Of a stretch of 64,000 bases of DNA, positions 12,180-24,596 are shown piece by piece. The notes under the pieces are model-generated. The model saw only the letters and a list, made by a program, of their open reading frames with translations, made no database searches and was not told where the DNA came from. Within the stretch, counting starts at the first letter, position 1; each line of letters opens with the position of its first letter. Origin of the DNA: Octopus sinensis (Eukaryota); NCBI RefSeq assembly GCF_006345805.1, contig NC_043005.1:95294001-95358000 (forward strand). The letters run 5' to 3'. The translations under genes were made by a program, and so were the position numbers.

Positions 12180-15100
12180 GAGACAGGAATAAAAAGAGAT
12201 TTAGCTGCTATTTCTAGAGACCACAAAGGACCCCTATCATTGGCTTCACATGAGAAATTGTATGTTACAATATTAAGTCACCATTTTGCAAAGAAATCGT
12301 GTATTACAATAACAAGAAACCATTGACATCATTTAAGAGAAACATGGGAAATCTTCATGACTTACGTAGCTCGATGCAATACAGTCGTACCACTTGTAAA
12401 TTAGAACACTGCAGGCTTGAAATGGATTGGACGAATGCAGAGAGCGAAATAGTTGTTTCTAGAAACCTGTTTTATAAGGAGATTCTCATCCACTTGAATG
12501 AGCCAAACAAGCGAGAAGTTCCACAGAAAGTGAACAGAAACAAGGAAACATTTATAAGCAGTTTTAATGCTTAGAGGTCAATTGTCTTCAAAAGAGGTCA
12601 ATTGTTATAACTAAAGACCAATTGTTATCCGGTTTAACATCAGCACCTGACACTTTGGGAGCTTTTGGCGTAGTCCGCTGTTCCATGTATTCAGGCCGGA
12701 TTTCCTAGATGAGGTTACATTCGTCTTTCCGCCTCTCTCAATGCCCCTGTAAATGGTCGTGTACAGCGCCTTCTTCCCTGATTAAAAACTGTTATAACTT
12801 TATATCATTTGTTTTACTATAAGGAGCTTTTATGTGATTAATCGACCGACTAGATATGGCAGCTGAATACCTTTCAAATCATACTATATTGTCTTGAACA
12901 AAAAAAAGCAGCATTAAGTAGCCTTACCCCTACACACCCCTGAAACGGCCGTAATGTTCACAACTGTCAACTACTAAGCATAGTCATCAACTATAGGCCA
13001 GTTGCTATAACTATTGAACAATGCTAAATTCGATAGCTAAAATGCAGTGATTTCAAGTTTTTCGGCATCATTGTACAATGAAGATCAAGTAAAAATTACA
13101 GGCGAAATTCGCAAAGAATGTTAAACAAAACTGTACGTTAAAACTAAAATTAGAGAAAAAGTATGAACAAAACTATTGCTCACCCTATCAATCATAACTG
13201 TGCATGAGAATCTCATGAATAACTCATTTTCCAAGATCTTCAAGCATGAGTATAGATCTTACAAAGCCTTAAATTATATTTTGAAAAATCTACGTAACAC
13301 GCTTAGATGCATCTTGTGCCGAACTGTTTTTAACTTAACGTCAATTAATATAACCAAATGACGTTATAACGTGATTAGTAAAGTAAAGATTAGTTTAAAC
13401 AACGTTGACCCTAACAAAACGTGTTGTTGAACAGAAGGAAATTTTGAGAGACGTATAATGAACATATCTTGATGGCTAGACAACATTGAAAAAAGAAATG
13501 AATCACTTTAAAATAGTGTCATAAAAACGCACAAGGCTGTAAATTGGGAGTGACCGATTGTATTACCTCCAGTTCCAGACAGAATGACAAAAGGCAAAGT
13601 CGATCTTGACGAGGTTTGAACCCAAAACATATAGAAAAACGACGACTAAAAAATGAAACGTACATTCTTCCAATTCATCGCCTACCACCTCTCACTGACT
13701 GTATGATGAGACCAGAGTAATGTGTTCCAGTGTTGCAATCCATCCTAAACTCGAACGTAATATCTACTATGTTGTTGAAATGTTATGAAGACAGTGCAGT
13801 CATTGTCAAACCGGCTGATTCTACGGCTTCCGATGAATACGTTGCGCTATTATTTGTTCCAGGTTTCTGCATTTTGACTTCAAATTCAGTCAAGATAAAC
13901 TTTACTTTCCATTCTTTTGAGGTAGATAAATAAAAACCAACCAAGTACTTTCATCTTCTCTCTCCCTCTCTCTCACCTTCTCCTTCTCCTCTCTCTCACC
14001 CTTTCCCTCCCCTCTCTCACATCTTCTCTCCCTTTCTCTCATTCTCTCTCCCTCTCCTTTCTTTCTTCTCTTAAGCAGAAATCGATTCAAAAAGGACGGT
14101 CTCTGCCAAGGTTAGACACTCAAGACACTCTATTTGTCACAACGGTGCTCATACGACTCCATGAGAAGTTTAAGATCCAAGGTGAAGCAATCCATAACAA
14201 TACTGAGATCGTTTGTTTCTTTTGTAGTGATGTTTTCTCCTGGTCGTTCTATTAAGTGTCAGAATTCCACACTTAACTGATCGCCAAAAATATAAACCGA
14301 CTACACAAAAGCATATTACAGATAATGCAAAAACTAGACTCAAATAATGTTGAAAGTGTCATTCAACACTTGAATCCGATAAAGATGTTTTCACGAAAAT
14401 ATATAGAAATGGATTTGGGTTGGGATAATTGCTGGTTTTGATAGTTAACGAAAGCAGAATCATGAGTCAGACAATTACAACCAATTGTACAGTTATTTTC
14501 CTCGACCTCAATTCCAAGTGTTATAAGTATTTCGGATTTGACAGGAAAAATTGTAGGACGATAAAAGTACTTCAACGAGTTTCCGATTTTAACAGTCGAC
14601 GAGAATTTCTTTCAATGAATTCCATATCCCACAAGACTTCTCGGTGGTAGTGGTGTTATCGACATTTGTGACATTACACTACATGCTTGAAGAAACTAAC
14701 AAGTAAAAAAACACCGTTTTTGCTGACTGCCCATCACCCCCACCCCCACCCCAATTGCTTTACGAATTCTCAAGCCTAGCAAACACTATTTTTGTCGAGT
14801 GCCGAACGATTCGTTTTTGCCTTCGATATGATGCGAGATCTGAGCTCTGAGAGCACAGGGCTGAAGCGGATACTGTAAAAAGGCTTGCTAACCCACCATT
14901 CCGAACTAGTATTTTAAGGACAAATAAAAGATGAAAAGCGAAATAGGCCAAGATGGGATTTGAACTCAGAAAGCCGAAGCAGATACCGCAATGCATTTTA
15001 ACGGATGCTCTAACGACTCTGCTAATTCAACTCCATAATGCTCTCCCCAATGTCTCCATAATAATCGTGATAAACTCACTCAATCGTGCTCCATGAATCC

Positions 15101-16063
15101 AGAAACCCCCATCTTCGTACACAGGCAATGCGAAAACAACTTTCAGCTTAGCAACACTAAAAGCAGATCAATTAGTTTCATTCTCTTTAGATGCTGAGCA
15201 AGTGAGGGATAGTGAATTTATGACTTTCTCAAAGAAAAGGAACTGACAACTTTAACGAAAGTTGTACTGCCAGTTCGTTTGTCTACGACCCTGAGGTCAA
15301 ATATTTTCAATAGCCATTAGATCTTTAAATAACGTGAAGCTGAAATAACCACACGATAAAAACAGTCAGTTGTAAAAACCATTAAAGAGTAAGGCCACCA
15401 CTTAAAAGTCTCTTGTTCAAGTAGAGATTCTAGGAAAATCCAGTCTAACAGAGATCATGGGGGATTGAGTGTATAAAAAGGGAAAAAAATGGGGTGTTGT
15501 GATGCTTATACTTTTCCCTAGATAATTAGTAGCCTAACTAAAGTGGATTAGCTTCATCAAGGTAGGGGTGTGGGTATTAAAAGGGATGTCTGTAAGGTAT
15601 GTATATTCATTATGTGTGTATAATATATATATATTCAAGATGCAATATATTGAAGTTATATACGTTATGTATATGTGTTTATAACATAAATATGCACTCG
15701 CACATATACATACGTGTGTGTGTGTGTGTGGTGTGTGTGTGTGTGTGTGTGGTGTGTGTGTGCGTTTGGTAAACTACTACATGTCACGTGACAGCCACAT
15801 ACTTGGACATCTGTTATCAGCATCAATCATTACTGATATAGAAACTTGAATGAGAGAACAGACAGCGTAGGAAATGTCACGAGCAAGTTACGTGTGTGAC
15901 TGCAACCACATCACCACCGCTACCACAACCACCAATACTACCATCATCACCACAACAATTACCACTACCATCAACACAACACCAAGCGAAGAAGAAAGAT
16001 AAGAACATGTGCACGTGTATACAGGGTGCAGTGAATAAACTGTCGTCTAAATTACGCAAAAAT

Positions 16064-16125
<62 letters not shown>

Positions 16126-16856
16126 CACCTATGCATATATGTAATATGTATGTAGTATGGGCGCACCCAACCACACAGATACATATCCAAATGTTTTCAA
16201 CAATTTCGTAAAGAAAGAAACTTCTGCGTACTACAATGTCGGTCAAAGATTGAAGTCAATGACGTAACCAGAGTGTACCGCTGCCCGGGGCAGCCCTTGA
16301 GAATGTCGACACCCCGTGAGCCTCCGCAAGTCTTATACAGACTTATACAGCAGACCCAAAGTGTTTGTCGGGGCGGGCAGCCCCTTCTCCATCGCTCCAT
16401 GTCCCAACTACGCAACTGTTTGGAGGACGTGTTGGTGTACAACAAATAACACACACAAACACACTTAATACACATTCATAAAATGGCCTTTTGCAGTTTC
16501 CAATCAACCAATTTCAACTCACATGATATTGATCAATCTTAGTTTGTGATAAAAGGAATAAAAGAGAAAAAAAATCAGTTTGGCAAACAGCAAGAATGAA
16601 CACAGAACCTCACAATTGCGGAGAGAATGTCTTAGCTACGTAGCCGTTGGGTTGCACAGCTTCAATTTCTCATAAGTCGAACCATCACACAAAAGCCCCA
16701 CACGTTAACAGGTTTTGTTATTTATACTTGACATTGGCGTAGGTGGACTGGAGTTTGAATCAAGTCGTTAAATGGTGTCATACAACTATTGACGTAATAC
16801 CATCACAGTTTCATGGAACTCTTGTCTGTTTTTGCTCACTTACATATATATATATG

Positions 16857-16931
<75 letters not shown>

Positions 16932-17517
16932 CATATACATACACACACACACATACATATATATTATATATATATATAATATATATATATATTATATATA
17001 TACATATACATATATATATATTTACACATATACATATAGATTGTGTGTATAGGTGTGTATGCATGTATATATTTGTACACACACCTATGTATGTATGTAT
17101 GTATGTATGTATGTATGTATGTATGTATGCATGTGTATACATTTAAAGAGTCTTAGCACTTTGTCTATTGGACTGAAAATGTGCCAAAAGAAACCATTGG
17201 GTCGTCCTCCTCTCCCTTTTGGCAATGACTTGCTTAAACTTGCATCGTCTGGTTTCTGAGTTTCTTTTTCTTCTTTTATTTTTTTGCTTTGATTATATAT
17301 TTGCATATATGTAGAAATACGCGCGCACACACGCACACAGACATTCACTCACATATGTATATTTATATATATAAATATTTATTTATTCATGTGTGAGCGA
17401 GTGTGCATGTGTATATGTATGTTTATGATTATCCGTGTGTATTATAGTATATATACGGGTTTATTAGTCTTAGAAATGTGTGCAACTTACGAGCAGTCTG
17501 TCTAATCTAATTTATAT

Positions 17518-17593
<76 letters not shown>

Positions 17594-17638
17594 CATATAT
17601 ATTTACATATATATTTATACATATATATTTATATATAC

Positions 17639-17733
<95 letters not shown>

Positions 17734-17744
17734 CATATACATAT

Positions 17745-17812
<68 letters not shown>

Positions 17813-17844
17813 GGAGAGAGAGAGAGCGGTTGTATACTGTCAAC

Positions 17845-18080
17845 TTAACGTGACAGTCCCATAAAGGGAATCACACCACCGCTATTTAGCCCTAGGAAGC
17901 ATCGATGCTTCCTGTCGGCCTTGACATATTTCCTGTGTCCTTATATATTTGCGAAGGGGAGACAAGCACCCCCAATAGCTAAGCCTGCATCTAGAGACAT
18001 GCCTGTTTCTGAGTTTTTGCTCATCATCAGTCTGGAGTAGCAAGGCCTGCTAGCTGAAGATACTTGTCTAGGCTTCGTAA
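17845..18080 (-). mobile_element. Short hammerhead-bearing repeat (probable PLE pseudo-LTR or retrozyme-like) between (TA)n/(GA)n tracts
   Basis: A non-repetitive ~235-bp island between microsatellites that carries the ribozyme. Class assignment is inference. Confidence 0.5.
17990..18036 (-). ncRNA. Type I hammerhead ribozyme motif with canonical core
   Basis: Minus strand reads UCCAGA-CUGAUGA-UGAG[CAAAAA]CUCA-GAAA-CA[GGCA]UGU-C^UCUAGA. The core is complete, stem II has 4 bp, stem III 3 bp, the triplet is GUC, and stem I pairs at 5 of 6 positions. Confidence 0.8.
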
Positions 18081-19772
18081 ATATATATATATATTCTCAG
18101 TGAAGTTTAATCACTGATCACCAAAATTAGAAATATTAAATTTCTAAATACCAAATTCCCTCAGAAGGCAGTGGTCGGCTTGCGGCTATAGTAGAAGACA
18201 CTCGCGCAAGGTACTGGGAAGTGGGACTGAAAACGAAACCACGTGGTTACAAAGTAAAATTTCTTAACCATACAACAATGCCTTTGCCTATAAACTATAA
18301 AAGGAACATGTCTCAGTCATGAGAGAGGAATTGAAGTTTAACTGCCAAAACTGAACCGAAAATGTTAAAGATTCGCTTTTGAACTCAATCAAGAAGAGAA
18401 GGAAAGGACCAGCCTAGATGTGACAACAATATCCGATAGAGGGGCGAATAAGATACTTATAAAGATGAAGGACATATTCGGAAGTAAGATAATGATGAGC
18501 ACGTTATCGAAAATAATTTTAGAAAGCCAGCTTTCGATTGTCTTCGACTTCGTTCCATAGTTAAAGTAGTTTGAAGTCTAACTCTCGAACGCACATACGA
18601 CGATAGTTAGAGACCAGTTGAATAATATTACGGATTGACTAGATATACATGTCGCTCACGATGGAGCATCCATTCGGGTGTGGGAGAAACAGGGGATATT
18701 AACGGACCAATGAGGAAGCTTATATGTATACTCGTGATCTGCCAGAATACCAGCCGATCCTCCTCATATCTCACCAACCATTTTTACAATAGAAAGATAT
18801 ACTAGGCAATCTAATCCTAAATGCACCCAGTCTGAAAAGAAAGAGATGTTCACGACTTGAATGGCTAGGATCTCAAATATAATTAACCAAAACCAGCAAA
18901 ATGTAAAAGCAAAATGCAAATTTGAACTCATGTTCAGGAAGTCTAACCACCTTGACATTTCGTCTGACATAATTTGCAGTGATTATTGTAGTTAGAAAAC
19001 TATATCATAGTAACTTGATAAAAAAAAATTACGTGTTTTTCATTTCATAATGTCCTTTTTTGCGCGATTTTAATAATGCTTCGTACATTGAGTATGATAA
19101 CACTAACTAAATTATTGTTTCTGACATGAATGGTGTCTCTGAGTAATTTCTCCTCAAAATTTATTCCCTTAACTATTTTAATTTGTAGAAGTGTGAAAAT
19201 ATTGCACGCTTAGTTAGTGATTCTCTCGTTATTACTGCGGCAAATGCAGTGAAGTATATGCTTCCACGAAAATGTCTAAGTTCGAAGACCGAAACAACTC
19301 CTGAGTAATCTCCCGTATTTTACGGAATAATTAAATCATCGCTACTCACTAAATAACATTGTCTTTTCATCATCGCGAAATTATTTCTAATTATTTTTCT
19401 GATGATCTCTGCAATAAATATGTTGGCTCAAACTTTTCTTCGGCTGTTCCTTAATTCATGCTTTGTCATTTTAACAGAAAAGGATAATATTTATCTCTCA
19501 CTAAAACTGGATGGTGTGTTCGAACACGGAGTGCTGCGTTATCTACCATGAGAGGACCTCTCGTATGGGCTTGTGGTGCGTATAAAGCACTTGTGTTTAT
19601 ATCGCTGATGGGCGAAAATCATCGGCTGCGGTTGCCGGTTTCAGTCTTTGTGACATCTTCAACTTAGAGTAAAGCATGTAAAACAATTAAATTGAGTAAA
19701 AATTAAATGAAATGTTTTTTTTTTTTTAATATTTCCATAGTTTTCAAATACAAGGGACATTTTCCTTTTTCC

Positions 19773-19817
<45 letters not shown>

Positions 19818-19915
19818 TTTTGTGAAGGCTTGGTAGTAGGTGGTAGTAGATCTAAAAGAATATTTGATATGAGGGATGTGGGTACTTGGTTTTGATTGGT
19901 TAAGCAGCAGTAGTC

Positions 19916-20597
19916 GAAGAATGAGACGGCGAAGAAGAAGAAGAAGAAGAAGAAGAAGAAGAAGAAGAAGAAGAAGAAGAAGAAGAATGAAGAAGAAAAG
20001 AAGAAGAAGAAGAAGAAGAAGAAGAAGAAGAATGAAGAAGAAAAAGAAGAAGAAGAAGAAGAAGAAGAAGAAGAAGAAGAGAATGAAGAAGAAGAAGAAG
20101 AAGAATGAAGAAGAAGAAGAATGAAGAAGAAGAAGAAGAAGAAGAAGAAGAAGAAGGAGAAGGAGAAGAAGAAGAAGAAGAAGAAGAAAACAAGAACAAG
20201 AACAAGAACAAGAACAAGAACAAGAACAAGGAGAAGAATGAAGAAGAAGAAGAAGAAGAAGAGAAGAACAACAACAACAACAACAGAGAAGAAGAAGAAG
20301 AAGAAGAAGAAGAAGAAGAAGAAGAACAACAACAACAACAACAACAACACCAACAAGGAGAAGAAGAAGAAGAAGAATAATAAGAAGAAGAAGAAGAAGA
20401 AGAAGAAAAGAGAAGAACCGAAAAGAGAAGAAGAGAAGAAGAAGAAGAGAAGAAGAAGAATGAAGAAGAAGAAGAAGAAAAGAAGAAGAAGAAGAAGAAG
20501 AAGAAGACGGAGAGGGAAAGAAGAAGAAGAAGAGAAGAAGAAGAGACACAGAACAAGAACATAACCATACCAGAACAAGAACAAGAACAAGGAGAAG

Positions 20598-20628
<31 letters not shown>

Positions 20629-20817
20629 CAACACAACAACAACATAGAGAAGAAGAAGAAGAAGAAGAAAAAAGACAAAAAGGAGACGAAAAGAACAACA
20701 ACAACAACAACAACACAAGAAGAAGAAGAAATAGAAGATCAGAAAAGAAAAAAATAAGAAGAAGAAGAAGAAGAAAAGAAGAAGAAGAAGAAGAAGAAGA
20801 AGAAGAAGAAGAAGAAA
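19916..20817. repeat. ~900-bp polypurine (GAA)n tract with GAAT, AAC and AAGAAC variants
   Basis: Directly visible; it generates the poly-K/E/R/F/S/L ORFs. Confidence 0.95.
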
Positions 20818-22240
20818 CGACGGGCTTCTTTCAGTTTCCGTTTATCAAATCCACTTGGTCAGCCCCGGGACTATAACAGAAAACACTTGCCCAATGCACC
20901 ACGCAACACGACTGATTCAGAAACAATGCCTGCGCCTAAGCGACGTGTCAGTGGCGACAACCTGGGCAGGCAGATGGAGTGGCGAAACTTCGGGGCAGTG
21001 GTAGAATGGCGAGATAGCGACTGGCGACATCGTCCGCACACCGGTTTTATATCATGAAAAGTGTTTAAAAGATTAGAAAATTCATTGTTGGTACGTAACA
21101 AAATTATGGCACTCAGACATTAGTATGGATTTGCTAAAGTTTTAAATTACATTTTCAAGATCTGTGAGATGCTCAGCTAATTTCTTGCTGCGACCTATTT
21201 GTAAAATCATTGCTTTTACTCATGTCATCGGAAAGCTAGTGATGTAAGGGAGATAACTTTATATTAACTTCGTTTTGGGATTTGGTTTGCAAGATTCTTT
21301 ATATGAGTTTGTGTGTTGAAGCATATTCTGTTGTGTCTGGGGAGAGTCATTTTGTTTTTGTGCCTCATTATGTAACACACTCACCGGTAAAATATCCACT
21401 TATTTTATATTAATATTTTATATTAGAGAAAACATTTTTTGTCAAATATGGAATTGTGAAGTATGCGTTGATGTTATTACAGAAGGAGGGGGAGTTCGAG
21501 AAAGACAGACAGACCGACCATAAGGCGATACCTCATGATATCTGTAATCTATTAAGCATGTCGAGTTGATGCTAAATTTACTGTTGGCATAGGTTTTATG
21601 CAAAACTGAACTGAGCTAATCAAGGAAAGTAACTGAGCTGTACTTTTATAGTTTGAATAAGGTTATAGCCTGTATTGCAATCAAAACAACTCGTAATTCC
21701 CAGAGAAAAGGTAGTAAGAAATTCTAGGGAGAGATGAACGACACTAAATCCTCTGAGAAGACACCCTCTTCATGCAAGTGTTTTGGTCCTTCATTCCTTA
21801 CATCTATAGGAATGCCAGGCAGCATCCATGCTGTCGAGAGATGACTTCGGGCACGTTTATTTATGCTTGGCTGACTGAATGAAGTGAAGTCTTCCGAGTC
21901 CTGAGACCAGTGCTCATGAACCAATTTCAGAAACATTTATTTCACTGAAGTGTAAGTTTAATAACAGACAATACAGCAATGGAAGCACATGAATTGAATG
22001 CGTTTGCTACAATGTAACGTAAATAACGATGCTCCGTGCAGGGTGGTCATAAATTACCTTTAGAATACGAAAAATTCAGAAGAAAATGAAAGATAAGGAC
22101 AAATCTGCAGAGTATGTGGAAGTGTCCTTATATAAACTTTATTTGTTTGTCTATGTTTTCCAATAAACTCTGCTGAGCTATCTTTATTTTTCAATTATGT
22201 TTTTCTGAATTTTTCAAATTGTATGCACAATTGATGGACA
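20757..22240 (+). repeat. Arm A of a long inverted duplication
   Basis: Reverse complement of 31564-33043. Both arms give the same 70-aa MFLKLVHEHW... ORF on opposite strands. Confidence 0.9.
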
Positions 22241-22679
22241 CGCTGTACATCTTGATTCAATTTCTTAAATCTTACTTACACAATTTTCTCAGTCAAAAGA
22301 TGAAGCATCTAACTTTTCTACATTTTAACTCTTATATTTGTTTCAGACGTTCGACTGTTGCCATACTGGGGCACTCTTTGAAGAGTTTATTCGGACAAAA
22401 ACGCCGCAGTCTATTTTTTTTTCTTCATTGAGTTTAGTAATTATTCTGTCGCACTCTTTTTTGTCAAATCGCTAAGTTACATAAGCCACCACCGGTTGTC
22501 AAGAGTTAGTGGGTATCACAAAGTCACACGTACATACATACATACATACATACATACATACATACATACATACATACATACATACATACATACATGCATA
22601 CACACACACGCACACACACACACACACATACAAACATGCGCGCATGTATATATATATATGCGTGTATGTATATATATAC

Positions 22680-22889
22680 ATCTCTTGAGCACCACCAGCA
22701 AAAATATTTTTTCCTCTGTCTTCCCTTCTTGGGATCTCTCCTTCTTGTTTCCGACGAAGATCTCCGCTCGAAACGTTAAACCCTCCTTCCCTTCTTTCCT
22801 GAGCGTCAATAATACTTTAATTGTTCCACGTCCTCGCGTTGCTGTGTTTTTTCTCTTTTTTTCTGTGTTTTCTTGTTTGGATTAACTTT
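22680..22889 (+). mobile_element. PLE-type terminal repeat with minimal hammerhead-like motif, copy P1
   Basis: gtttccgacgaagatctccgctcgaaacgttaaa at 22747-22780, flanked by (TA)n. Homologous to 33046-33196 and 48620-48855. Confidence 0.6.
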
Positions 22890-22891
22890 AT

Positions 22892-22967
<76 letters not shown>

Positions 22968-22969
<2 letters not shown>

Positions 22970-23876
22970 CATCATCATCGTTTAACGTCCGTTTTCCGCG
23001 CTAGCACAGGTTGGACGGTTCGACCGGGGTCTGGGAAGCCAGGGGCTGCTCCAGGCTCCAGTCTGATCTGGCAGAGTTTCTACGGCTGGATGCCCTTCCT
23101 AACGCCAACCACTCCGCGAGTGTAGTGGGTGCTTTTTACGTGCCACCTGCACAGGTGCCAGGGGGGGCGGCATCGGTCACGATCGGTTCGAGCTTTTAAC
23201 GTGCCAGCGGCACGGAAGCCAGCCAAGGCGGCGCTGGCATCGGCCACGTTCGGATGGTGCTTTTTATGTGCCACCGGCACAGAAGCCAGTCGGGGCGGCG
23301 CTGGCATCGGCCACGTTCGGATGGTGCTTTTTATGTGCCACCGGCACAGAAGCCAGCCAAGGCGGCGCTGGCATCGGCCACGTTCGGATGGTGCTTTTTA
23401 TGTGCCACCGGCACAGAAGCCAGTCGGGGCGGCGCTGGCATCGGCCACGTTCGGATAGTGCTTTTTATGTGCCACCGGCACAGAAGCCAGCCAAGGCGGC
23501 GCTGGCATCGGCCACGTTCGGATGGTGCTTTTTATGTGCCACCGGCACAGAAGCCAGTCGGGGCGGCGCTGGCATCGGCCACGTTCGGAGAGTGCTTTTT
23601 ATGTGCCACCGGCACAGGCATCATAACTACTATTTCCATTGATATTTATTTCGACGTTCATGTTCATGTACTTAACTCAACAGGTCTCCTCAAGCACAGC
23701 GGGACGATCTGAGATCCGGGGTACTTTGAATGGGCAGGGGCTATGCGGAACTGATGCAGGAAGCAGCCCGGGTCTTTGCAGTCACAGCATATCTCCAGAG
23801 ATCTCGGTCCTTCGCCATTGCCTTAGTGAGGCCCAACGCTCTGAGGTCATGCTTGACTACCTCATCCCATGTCTTC

Positions 23877-23880
<4 letters not shown>
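22968..23880 (-). mobile_element. RTE-clade LINE 3' end, 5'-truncated, with a (GAT)n tail
   Basis: 23878-23741 encodes RKTWDEVVKHDLRALGLTKAMAKDRDLWRYAV...stop, an RTE-type C-terminus. The tail reads ...cggacgttaaacgatgatgatgat. Confidence 0.8.
23201..23618. repeat. 67-bp minisatellite with alternating A/B variants in the RTE 3' UTR
   Basis: Units start at 23201, 23268, 23335, 23402, 23469 and 23536, with a partial unit at 23603. Variants alternate ccaa/tcgg. Confidence 0.95.
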
Positions 23881-23942
<62 letters not shown>

Positions 23943-24149
23943 TAAGCAATAAAGGGTTTAGCAACGAAATGCCTTACCACATACCGAATTTAGAAATAGC
24001 AGTCAAAGAGTTATAGCTATTTCTTCTACTAAAAAGGGAGATCTCAGTAAAAACAGCAATTGGAAGGCAGACACAAACAGGTAAGAGAGAATGAATTGAC
24101 GGCAATCTATCATACAATTTTAAGTTATCTACGTTATATATATTTTAAG

Positions 24150-24235
<86 letters not shown>

Positions 24236-24236
<1 letters not shown>

Positions 24237-24556
24237 CACTCCGTCGGTTACGACGACCAGGGTCCCAGCTGATACGATCAACGGAACAGCCTGCTCGTGA
24301 AATTAACGTGCAAGTGGCTGTGCACTCCACAGAGCGTGTACTCTTAACGTAGTTCACAAAGAATTCCAGTGTGACAAGGCTGGCCCTTTGAAGTACAGGT
24401 GCTACTCGTTTTAGTACTCATTTAGTAGCTGAATGAACTGGAGCAACGTGAAAATAAAGTGTCTTGCTCAAGAACACAACGCGTCGCCAGGAATTGTACT
24501 CACAACCTTACGACCGTGAGCCGAATCCTCTAACCACTAAGCCACGGCGCCTTCAC
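24236..24556 (-). mobile_element. SINE family C-related copy
   Basis: tRNA-like head near 24500-24555 (tggcttagtggttagagg). The 3' region is shared with 11600-11740. Confidence 0.75.
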
Positions 24557-24561
24557 TAATA

Positions 24562-24596
<35 letters not shown>

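Noticed and set aside
14363-14650. Overlapping ORFs with an LGW motif reminiscent of mariner transposase
   Set aside because: The expected PHPPYSPDL continuation is absent and there are no terminal repeats.
18764-18970. Hydrophobic 68-aa ORF resembling a membrane-protein exon
   Set aside because: Its start derives from a decayed SINE-B (gacgaaatg...gagttcaaatt); the similarity is incidental.
21724-21936. 70-aa ORF present twice (also within 31816-32079)
   Set aside because: It is repeated only because of the inverted duplication; no family is recognised.
23201-23618. CRISPR-like array
   Set aside because: Contiguous tandem units without unique spacers, inside a eukaryotic LINE UTR.
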